Assembly: GCA_046704905.1 (NCBI GenBank)
Contig: JBJKRA010000018.1
Location: 1 to 32,000, forward strand
Length of the DNA: 32,000 bases
Direction: 5' to 3'
Source: Candidatus Woesearchaeota archaeon
GTDB taxonomy: Archaea > Nanobdellota > Nanobdellia > Woesearchaeales > JAWAQC01
This document shows positions 22,458-29,522 of this stretch, in pieces. The notes beneath the pieces were generated by a model, which saw nothing but the letters and a program-made list of their open reading frames with translations, was not told the DNA's origin and ran no database searches. How positions within the stretch are numbered: position 1 is the first letter of the stretch; the number at the start of each line of letters is the position of its first letter. Both the position numbers and the translations under genes were made by a program.

Positions 22458-23108
22458 ATGGATCCAGTCAGGAAGCTCTACCGGACGCTCCTCTCCCGCT
22501 ACGGACCGCAGGGATGGTGGCCGCTGCTTTGGGTAAAAGGTACCAATCCTACCAAGACTGGCTCGATACAGGGTTACCATCCGGGCGATTATACCTACCC
22601 GAGAACACCTGCGCAACGTTTCGAGATCTGCGCCGGGGCCATCCTCACCCAGAACACGAACTGGCAGAACGTGGAGCAGGCGCTCCGCAATCTCAAGGAA
22701 GCGGGGGCATTGTCGGCACGGGGCATCGTTGCGCTCGATCAGGAAACGCTTTCGGGGCTGATCAGGCCGAGCGGCTACTTCCGGCAGAAGGCGAAAAAGC
22801 TCAGAGGGTTCTCCGCCTTTTACCTGGATCTCGGGGGCAGGACGCCCTCGCGCGAGGAACTGCTCTCGCTCTGGGGCGTGGGCCCGGAGACGGCGGACGC
22901 GATGCTTTCCTATGCCTACGGCGGGCGGGTGTTCGTGGTGGACGCCTACACCTTCAGGATATTCTCACGCGAGGGGATCACCAAAGGAGGCGAAGGGTAC
23001 GAGCAGATAAGGGAGATGGTGGAGGCGCGCGGTTTCGCCGTGGAAGAGCTGCAGGAGTTCCACGCGCTGCTCGTGGAGGAAGGCAAGCATATGCGCACGA
23101 GGAAGTGA
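22458..23108 (+). CDS. Endonuclease III-related HhH-GPD superfamily DNA glycosylase-like protein (no C-terminal Fe-S Cys cluster seen)
   Basis: The N-terminus has YGPQGWWP, followed by ILTQNTNW. The helix-hairpin-helix is LLSLWGVGPETADAML, followed by VVDAYTFRI. Confidence 0.75.
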   Translation: MDPVRKLYRTLLSRYGPQGWWPLLWVKGTNPTKTGSIQGYHPGDYTYPRTPAQRFEICAGAILTQNTNWQNVEQALRNLKEAGALSARGIVALDQETLSGLIRPSGYFRQKAKKLRGFSAFYLDLGGRTPSREELLSLWGVGPETADAMLSYAYGGRVFVVDAYTFRIFSREGITKGGEGYEQIREMVEARGFAVEELQEFHALLVEEGKHMRTRK

Positions 23109-23111
23109 AGG

Positions 23112-23642
23112 ATGGCAGAGGATGACCCTGAAGAGATGCTCTCCGCGATCGCGCGCCTGCGCAAGGAGAAGCTGAAGAGCGCGTACCGCGACACGGACGT
23201 CGGGATATGGGGCTTTTCGCAGGAAAAGCTCGTGTACAAGGCGTTCAGGATGCTCGATCTCTCCAGGTACAGGAAGTTCATGGACCTCGGCAGCGGGGAC
23301 GGGACCGTGGTTTTCATAGCGTCCTTGTTCACCGAGGCTTTCGGCATAGAGTACGACCACGACGTGCATGCTGCGGGGCTCGAGATGCAGAAAGAGCTCG
23401 GCGCGGGGGGCACCTTGCTCGAAGGGAGGTTCGAGGACTTCGACCTCTCAGGCTATGATTTCGTCTTCATCAACCCGGACAAGGAATGGCGGAAGTTCCA
23501 GGACACGTTGCTCGCGCAGCTTTCGGACGACGTGACGATCGCCGTGTACAACAACGTCTTCCTGCCTGAGAAGCTGCCGCGCCTGCGCACGGTCTGGCCG
23601 AACCCCTACGTCCCGGTCACGCTCTACACGAAGAGGAAGTAG
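23112..23642 (+). CDS. Class I SAM-dependent methyltransferase-like protein
   Basis: Motif I is FMDLGSGDGTVV, followed by an acidic residue at GIEYD, and DFVFINP is the post-II/III pattern. A 3-nt gap after the preceding gene suggests co-translation. Confidence 0.55.
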   Translation: MAEDDPEEMLSAIARLRKEKLKSAYRDTDVGIWGFSQEKLVYKAFRMLDLSRYRKFMDLGSGDGTVVFIASLFTEAFGIEYDHDVHAAGLEMQKELGAGGTLLEGRFEDFDLSGYDFVFINPDKEWRKFQDTLLAQLSDDVTIAVYNNVFLPEKLPRLRTVWPNPYVPVTLYTKRK

Positions 23643-23646
23643 CTGC

Positions 23647-24774
23647 CTATGCAGCGCGCGGCGAAAGCTTCCCCTTCTTTACCGCGAGCCACACGGCGGA
23701 CCAAATCATGGAATCGTCCGCGATGTAGAAGGGTCCGCGGAAGGGCGACATGTCCGGATAGTAGACCTCGAGGAAATTCCTGTAGCGGGTGATGACGGCC
23801 TCGTACTTGGCCATCTCCTCGTCGAGCAATGCCTTGTCGTAGCCGAGGAGCACCTCGATCCACATCATGCCCAGGTGCGCCCAGAGCACGTCCCTCTCAT
23901 AGTCCATGTTGACGAGCTCGACCATGATCATGGCGTGGTCGACCTTTCTGCGTGCGGTGTAGCGGAGGGCCAGGGGATAGTTTAGCCCTTCACGGTCGAG
24001 GGCGGTACGCACCCGGTCGAAGACGGCCCTGTCCGTGACAAGTCCGGTCCAGAAGGGGGTGACCTGCGCGTCGCCCGCGATATGCGTGGCCCCTGAGCGG
24101 TCGTCTAGGAAGTAGCCGTCCGGATGGAAGTAATGCTCCATGATGAGCTTTCGGAAATCGTATGCCGCAAGAGGCGTCGCGAGACCCAGGGCCTTCCCGT
24201 GCCTCTGCACGAGGTAGGCCATGCAAAGATCGTAGGAGGCGCCCTTTCGCTTCGCATAGTCCTTCATGGAGGAGAAGTGGCGGTCCGTCCTGACAAGGCC
24301 CGTGTCCTCCTCTATGACGTTCTCGGCGAAATAGGCTATCTCCTTGTCGAGAAGGTCGCGATGCTGCGCGACGAGCGCGCTGTCGCCGAGCTCGGAGAGG
24401 CTGTAGAGCAGGTAGCCCAGGGAGTCGGGCGCATAGATGGGGAAGTCGAAAGGCCGGCCCTTTGGGGTGATCGTCGTGGTGATGCGGCCTGCCCGGCTGA
24501 AGCGCTCCAGGGCGTAGGACAGGGTCTTTCTCACCTCCTCCTTATGGCCGAGAGCGATGAGGGCGCGCACCACCCAGGCGAAATCGCGGACATAGAACTG
24601 GCGGAAATGGCCGGAGCTGACCATGTAGAACCCTTCCTCCCGGTTCCAGCAGGCGTCGAGAATCTGTGAGACAACTTCTTCGGCCGTCCCCGGATAGGCC
24701 GGCAGGCCGCGCCTGAGGACATGCAGCCTGCGCCGAAGGATCCGTAGCGCCTCCCCTGCCAGCACGAGGTCCAT
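23647..24774 (-). CDS. Putative (alpha/alpha)6-barrel glycoside-hydrolase-like protein (weak assignment)
   Basis: The 375-aa helical repeat pattern and FYVRDFAWVVRALIALG resemble GH15/GH63/debranching-type barrels. The start is set at MDLVLAGEAL (ATG 24774), because the track ORF's first 50 aa translate the AT-rich promoter region. Confidence 0.5.
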   Translation of the reverse strand: MDLVLAGEALRILRRRLHVLRRGLPAYPGTAEEVVSQILDACWNREEGFYMVSSGHFRQFYVRDFAWVVRALIALGHKEEVRKTLSYALERFSRAGRITTTITPKGRPFDFPIYAPDSLGYLLYSLSELGDSALVAQHRDLLDKEIAYFAENVIEEDTGLVRTDRHFSSMKDYAKRKGASYDLCMAYLVQRHGKALGLATPLAAYDFRKLIMEHYFHPDGYFLDDRSGATHIAGDAQVTPFWTGLVTDRAVFDRVRTALDREGLNYPLALRYTARRKVDHAMIMVELVNMDYERDVLWAHLGMMWIEVLLGYDKALLDEEMAKYEAVITRYRNFLEVYYPDMSPFRGPFYIADDSMIWSAVWLAVKKGKLSPRAA

Positions 24775-24796
24775 TGCGGTCTTGCGATGCCCTGTC

Positions 24797-24807
24797 CTAT
24801 AAAAAGG
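24797..24807 (-). promoter_or_regulatory. TATA box for the minus-strand GH-like gene (CCTTTTTATAG)
   Basis: Its centre lies about 28 nt upstream of ATG 24774, which suggests a leaderless mRNA. Confidence 0.35.
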
Positions 24808-24840
24808 TTCTGAAGCGGGGATTCTTGGAAAGGGAGGAAT

Positions 24841-24904
24841 GCCAAAAAGAAAAATATATAAATAGATAGTATCAGAAAAAGATATATTAGTATAAGATTT
24901 ATAG
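24841..24904 (+). promoter_or_regulatory. 64-nt strongly AT-rich block with several TATA-like elements upstream of surface-protein gene A; the proximal box is AAGATTTATAG (24894-24904)
   Basis: The sequence is gccaaaaagaaaaatatataaatagatagtatcagaaaaagatatattagtataagatttatag. The proximal TATA ends about 26 nt before ATG 24930. Confidence 0.4.
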
Positions 24905-24929
24905 AGACCGAAGGCTTGAGGCATACACC

Positions 24930-26147
24930 ATGAAAAAGAAAGGCCAGGAAACAGGAAGTTCTGCTGCGATACTTTTGGCGCTCCTCGGGCTGTTCGTGCT
25001 CCTCTACCTCCTCTTCGTGCCTCCCGGCGTGCGGGAGAGCCTCCTCAACGGGAACATCACCTATGCGAACGAGACCACGACGTACAAGGCCTCCTACGTC
25101 CTCCTGATGGACGAACGCCCCGGACTCCTCAACTACATCAACCTGCCCATCTGCCAGAACAAGGAGTGCGACCACGACCTGCCATCGTTCTCGCTGCTGC
25201 GCACGACTGCGTCGCAGCAGATAGCCTCGTTCAACCCCTTCATTGTCAAGAACAACATCTTCACCAAGGAGGACAAGACCCTCACCTTCTCGGTGAACGA
25301 CCTCCAGGACACGAGCAACCTCCTGCTGACGTTCGGCGCGAACGAGCATTCCGGGACGCTGACGGTCATGCTCAACGGGCACGACATCTACCAGAAGGCG
25401 ATGGACACCTACAACGTCGAGCCCATCACGATCCCAAAGACCATCCTCGCGATGACGAACACCCTGACCTTCTCCGTATCGGGTGTGGGCGCGCAGTTCT
25501 GGAAGACGAACGCCTACGGCATCGAGAACGCCAAGATCGTCGGGGACGTGACGGACACGACCAAGCAGCAGAGCGCGACAACGTTCTTCATCTCGAGCGA
25601 CGAGATCGATGCCATGCAGAGCGCGGACCTACGGTTCTTCCCCGACTGCAAGGCCTCGCAGGTCGGACCGCTGTCCATCACCCTCAACGCGAGAAGCATC
25701 TACCAGGGGGTGCCTGACTGCGGCATGATCAACGTCGTGCAGCTCTCGAACAACGCGCTCGCTACAGGGGACAACAGCCTATCGTTCCAGACCGCATCCG
25801 GCACATACCTCATCGACAGCATCAGCGTGCAGACGCACCTCAAGGACATCAACTATCCTGTCTACTACTTCGACCTCTCTGACCAGCAGTACCAGGACCT
25901 CATGCAGAACAGGACGGACCTCAACCTCACGCTCGATTTCGCGAAACGGCTCAACCAGTCCTATGACGTCTTCTACAACCTCAACGGCTACAAGCGCTCG
26001 GTGCAGGTGGACCAGGGCATCAGCGAGGTGCAGAGCAAGCTCCTCAACGTCGCCCTGAAGAAGAAGAACAACTGGATCTCCTTCGAGCCGGACGGGCAGC
26101 CTGTCACGATCGCAGAGATGAAGATAGAGATCAAGCCGCGCGGTTGA
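24930..26147 (+). CDS. Surface protein A: N-terminal anchor or signal (MKKKGQETGSS plus a hydrophobic helix) followed by three tandem beta-rich repeats of about 90 aa
   Basis: Track ORF of 405 aa. The repeats lie at about aa 117-206, 217-302 and 311-401 and share F.(V/I/L)S..., L.(V/I).LN(G/A)..(I)Y and a terminal (I/V).(V/I) pattern. There are 4 Cys and 5 N-x-S/T sequons. Confidence 0.8.
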   Translation: MKKKGQETGSSAAILLALLGLFVLLYLLFVPPGVRESLLNGNITYANETTTYKASYVLLMDERPGLLNYINLPICQNKECDHDLPSFSLLRTTASQQIASFNPFIVKNNIFTKEDKTLTFSVNDLQDTSNLLLTFGANEHSGTLTVMLNGHDIYQKAMDTYNVEPITIPKTILAMTNTLTFSVSGVGAQFWKTNAYGIENAKIVGDVTDTTKQQSATTFFISSDEIDAMQSADLRFFPDCKASQVGPLSITLNARSIYQGVPDCGMINVVQLSNNALATGDNSLSFQTASGTYLIDSISVQTHLKDINYPVYYFDLSDQQYQDLMQNRTDLNLTLDFAKRLNQSYDVFYNLNGYKRSVQVDQGISEVQSKLLNVALKKKNNWISFEPDGQPVTIAEMKIEIKPRG

Positions 26148-26172
26148 ACCGCTCCCGGGAAGTGCACCAGCG

Positions 26173-27555
26173 ATGGGAATCAAGGACAAGCTTAGCATGG
26201 CAAAGGCCGCTTTCTCGGCGTACACGGGCAACATAGGCGGCGCGCTGAAGGGAGTGGTCGATGCCGTCAAGAACAAGGGGGGCGGTTCAGGCACCACGAC
26301 CGTCGTGAGCGCGCCTGCGCCGCCAGCCGCTCCCGCGTACCGCCCGGCAGCTGCCCCGCCGCCTCCGGACTACTCGCGCTTCCTCAAGAAGAGCGGGAGC
26401 AGCATCGGCAAGCTCATCCTCATCCTCGTTTTCGTGGCGTTCTTCCTCACGCTGAGCCTGCCCTATATCTACTCGGCGAACTTCGTCCCGCCGAAGCTCC
26501 TCAGCAGCATCACGATAGGCTTCCAGGGCTTCTTCGCGAACTTCGGGCAGTGGTGGACCACGTTCAACCCTGCGAAGAGCTGGAGCGATTTCCTCAACAA
26601 GCAGACCGCATACGCGACAGGCGGCTACTACGAGGGCCAGGTCGACCAGAAGAAGGCAGGCCCTGACCTCGGCGTGACCATCACACAGTTCAAGGCGCAG
26701 CGGGCGACCTTCACCGAAAAAGAGCCCGTCGCGCTTTGGGCGGACATCCAGGCGAGGGCTCTCGGCTTCGACCAGTACGACCAGCAGCTCTCGCTCACCG
26801 CCTGGTGCGAGTACAGGGATCCTATCACTGGAAAGACCGTCAAGACCAAGGTCAACAGCTACCAGATATACCAGTACGGCGAGGAGTACGTCGACTGCTC
26901 GTTCGGCAACATGACCCAGGGCGCATACACCGTGAAGGCGGACGCGGAGTTCGATTTCTCCACGCACTCCTACCTCAAGACCTACTTCATGGACGCGTCG
27001 CGCCTCCAGATATACCGCATGCAGAACAAGGACCCCCTCACCGAGTTCGACGTGACCGACCCGAGCCCCGTCTCCGTATACACGAACGGCCCGGTGGCCG
27101 TCTCGATCGGCACGAACGAGAACCTGCCGCTCCCGGTGCCTTCGGGCAAGGGCTTCTCCAGCATCTTCGGCGTGACGATAGAGAACCAGAACCCGAACAA
27201 CGGCATCATCATGCAGATCAAGTCGGTCCAGTTCCAGCTGCCCGAGGCGCTATCGTTCGACCCGGACCACTGCGATTTCGTCCCAGGGACCCCCACCACT
27301 GTGACGGACAGCGTCTCCGGCGAACGCTACAACGTCTATACCATCACGCCGGACGGCAAGAAGATCACCACGCAGACCTTCTCCGACATCGACCGGTTCA
27401 TCACGCTCAACTGCCGGCTCGACGTGGACGATTCGAGCCTCCTCCTCGGCAATTCCCCCTTCGCCACCAAATACCTGCGCGCGAGCGTGGACTACGACTA
27501 CCTGCTGACCAAGCAGGCGACCGTCATCGTGCAAAAGGCACAGAGCCTGACATGA
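26173..27555 (+). CDS. Surface protein B: bitopic membrane protein with a cytoplasmic amphipathic and Pro/Ala-rich N-tail, one TM helix, and an extracellular domain distantly paralogous to C/D/E
   Basis: Track ORF of 460 aa. It contains APAPPAAPAYRPAAAPPPPDY and a TM helix IGKLILILVFVAFFLTLSLPYIY. Motifs shared with C/D/E are NGPVAVSIG, FGVTIENQNPNNGII, ITLNCRL and SVDYDYLL...ATVIV. Its stop overlaps the gene C start (ATGA 27552-27555). Confidence 0.8.
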   Translation: MGIKDKLSMAKAAFSAYTGNIGGALKGVVDAVKNKGGGSGTTTVVSAPAPPAAPAYRPAAAPPPPDYSRFLKKSGSSIGKLILILVFVAFFLTLSLPYIYSANFVPPKLLSSITIGFQGFFANFGQWWTTFNPAKSWSDFLNKQTAYATGGYYEGQVDQKKAGPDLGVTITQFKAQRATFTEKEPVALWADIQARALGFDQYDQQLSLTAWCEYRDPITGKTVKTKVNSYQIYQYGEEYVDCSFGNMTQGAYTVKADAEFDFSTHSYLKTYFMDASRLQIYRMQNKDPLTEFDVTDPSPVSVYTNGPVAVSIGTNENLPLPVPSGKGFSSIFGVTIENQNPNNGIIMQIKSVQFQLPEALSFDPDHCDFVPGTPTTVTDSVSGERYNVYTITPDGKKITTQTFSDIDRFITLNCRLDVDDSSLLLGNSPFATKYLRASVDYDYLLTKQATVIVQKAQSLT

Positions 27556-28475
27556 AAGCCGCAGCATTACTCCCCCTCATCGCAGCGCTCCTCCTCATCA
27601 GCGGCTGCGCCGGCGTCATGGGACCTGGCCAGCAGCCGAGCTACAACCCTTACCAGGGGACAGTCGGGCTGTCGATGTCCTTCGTGCCCAACGCCCCGCC
27701 GGACCAGGTCTACGAGCAGGAACAGGCGCCGATCGGCGTCCAGATTGAGAACGACGGTGCCGACGACATCCAGGGCGGCATCGTCAAGGTCATCACGGAG
27801 AACGACATCTTCAAGGCGCAGAAGACCGAGGCGGTCTTCGACCTCAAGGGCAGGAACCTCTACTCCCAGCAGGGTGAGCAGAAGGTGCTCATGTTCCCTG
27901 CGCAGGCAGGGGACCTCAAGGATTTCACCTCCATGGACACGAACATCATCGCCACGGCCTGCTACCGCTACGCGACGCACTACAGCTCCGAAGTCTGCAT
28001 CGACCCCTACCCGTTCGACCAGACCATGGCGAAACCCTGCACCAGCGCCACCCTCACCTCGACAGGGAGCGGCGCCCCTGTCGCCGTGACGAAGGTCGAC
28101 CCGAGGATGTCTCCGCAGCAGAACGGCTTCGGCGAGCAGGTGATGGTTCCCCAGTTCATCGTGACCATCCAGCAGGTCTCGGACGGCGAGGTGGTCAATC
28201 CGGACACCTGCACGCAGTCCACCATCAGCAGGACGGACTACGGCACGGTCTACATAAGCGGGGAGCTCGGCAACGTCCCGCTCCAGTGCACCCCGAACCC
28301 CGTCATCCTCAACCAGGACCCGACGGCCGTGGACCAGGGGACGATCACCCGATGCACCTATCAGGGGGAGATCAAGCAGGCGGAAGGCGTCCACAACTCC
28401 CTGCTCAACCTCAACCTCCAGTACGGCTTTTCCCAGAGGATCGCGAAATCCATCAAAATACTTACCACACAATAA
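27552..28475 (+). CDS. Lipobox lipoprotein C (paralog family, 6 conserved Cys)
   Basis: The true start is MKAAALLPLIAALLLISGC (lipobox LISGC). The upstream part of track ORF 26736..28475 is an out-of-frame overlap of gene B. Motifs include ACYRYATHYSSEVCIDPYP, KPCT, SGAPVAVTKV and LNLQYGF. Confidence 0.85.
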   Translation: MKAAALLPLIAALLLISGCAGVMGPGQQPSYNPYQGTVGLSMSFVPNAPPDQVYEQEQAPIGVQIENDGADDIQGGIVKVITENDIFKAQKTEAVFDLKGRNLYSQQGEQKVLMFPAQAGDLKDFTSMDTNIIATACYRYATHYSSEVCIDPYPFDQTMAKPCTSATLTSTGSGAPVAVTKVDPRMSPQQNGFGEQVMVPQFIVTIQQVSDGEVVNPDTCTQSTISRTDYGTVYISGELGNVPLQCTPNPVILNQDPTAVDQGTITRCTYQGEIKQAEGVHNSLLNLNLQYGFSQRIAKSIKILTTQ

Positions 28476-28502
28476 TGGCAGCAGAAACGCCGAAAAAAAG
28501 AA

Positions 28503-28513
28503 AGATTTATAAT
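28503..28513 (+). promoter_or_regulatory. TATA-like box (AGATTTATAAT) in the C-D intergenic gap, followed by an AAGGAG SD at 28540-28545
   Basis: It has the same AAGATTTATA core as the boxes upstream of gene A and rps8e, and lies 43 nt upstream of ATG 28556. Confidence 0.3.
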
Positions 28514-28555
28514 GCACTCTCTCCCAAAGCACCCCCTATAAGGAGCATGCTACCC

Positions 28556-29503
28556 ATGAAGAAGCTGGTTTTCCTCCTGGTCGCGGCCCTGCTGATCGCA
28601 GGATGCACGCAAGGCCCTAGCAAGCAGCCTGCGAACCTCAACTACATGTCGGGCAGCCAGGGGCTGGTCATGGAGCTGGCGAACGGGATGCCCCCTGCCT
28701 ACATCTACAACGGGGACAGGCTGAGCATCGGACTGACGCTCACGAACGCCGGCACGAGCCAGCTGACGGACGGCTATCTCTACATCGCAGGGTATGACCC
28801 GAGCATCATCGACCCCAACGGCAACACGGCCACAGGAAGCCTACCGCTGCCGCAGCCAGGGACCTACTGGCATTTCACCATACCCCAGCACCGCACGCAG
28901 TACGACAACGTGGGCGGACAGGTCTTCCAACAGTTCCAATCCAACTACATCACCCTCCCGCCGAACACGCCGAGCTATCTCGTCCCCCTGACCATCTACG
29001 CCTGCTACGTCTATGAGACGCACGCGACGGCCACCGTCTGCTTCGATCCCTACCCGCACAACACCGAGATGGACAAGCCCTGCATCACGCAGGACGTGGG
29101 CCTCGGCTCGCAGGGCGCCCCGATCGCCGTGACCAACGTGGCCGTGAGCAACAACGGCGGCCAGACGGTACGGATGATCTTCACCATCCAGAACGTGGGC
29201 GGAGGCGTGGTCTTCAACCTCAACGACATGCAGGACTGCCCCTCGAACATCGGGCCCGACGTTCGCGACACGGTCACGCTCTCCTCAGTCTCACTGGTCG
29301 GCAACGGCGCCGGCCAGATATCATGCAGCTATCCGACCGGCAACTCCGGCAACATACGCCTCGGCCCAGGAGAGACAGGGACCATCGTCTGCGAGGCGCC
29401 CATCGCCCGCGCAGCCGCGGCATACCAGAGGACCGTGCAGATAGACCTCACTTACGGCTACGCCCAATACATCAAGCAGACGGTCGAGATACGTTCAACA
29501 TGA
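28556..29503 (+). CDS. Lipobox lipoprotein D (paralog family, 6 conserved Cys)
   Basis: The start is MKKLVFLLVAALLIAGC (lipobox LIAGC), with the SD GGAG 10 nt upstream. The track ORF's N-terminal 90 aa are an artefact. Motifs include ACYVYETHATATVCFDPYP, KPCITQ, QGAPIAVTNV, FTIQNVGGG and DLTYGY. Confidence 0.85.
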   Translation: MKKLVFLLVAALLIAGCTQGPSKQPANLNYMSGSQGLVMELANGMPPAYIYNGDRLSIGLTLTNAGTSQLTDGYLYIAGYDPSIIDPNGNTATGSLPLPQPGTYWHFTIPQHRTQYDNVGGQVFQQFQSNYITLPPNTPSYLVPLTIYACYVYETHATATVCFDPYPHNTEMDKPCITQDVGLGSQGAPIAVTNVAVSNNGGQTVRMIFTIQNVGGGVVFNLNDMQDCPSNIGPDVRDTVTLSSVSLVGNGAGQISCSYPTGNSGNIRLGPGETGTIVCEAPIARAAAAYQRTVQIDLTYGYAQYIKQTVEIRST

Positions 29504-29522
29504 AAACCAGGAAGGTGATACC

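Noticed and set aside
26736-27551. The N-terminal 272 aa of track ORF 26736..28475 (the 579-aa version of lipoprotein C).
   Set aside because: It is an out-of-frame overlap of gene B with Arg/Pro/His-rich nonsense composition. A perfect signal peptide and lipobox begin at ATG 27552, which is ATGA-coupled to the gene B stop.
28286-28555. The N-terminal 90 aa of track ORF 28286..29503 (the 405-aa version of lipoprotein D).
   Set aside because: It overlaps the end of gene C out of frame and then crosses the intergenic TATA/SD region. The signal peptide starts at ATG 28556, with an SD 10 nt upstream.
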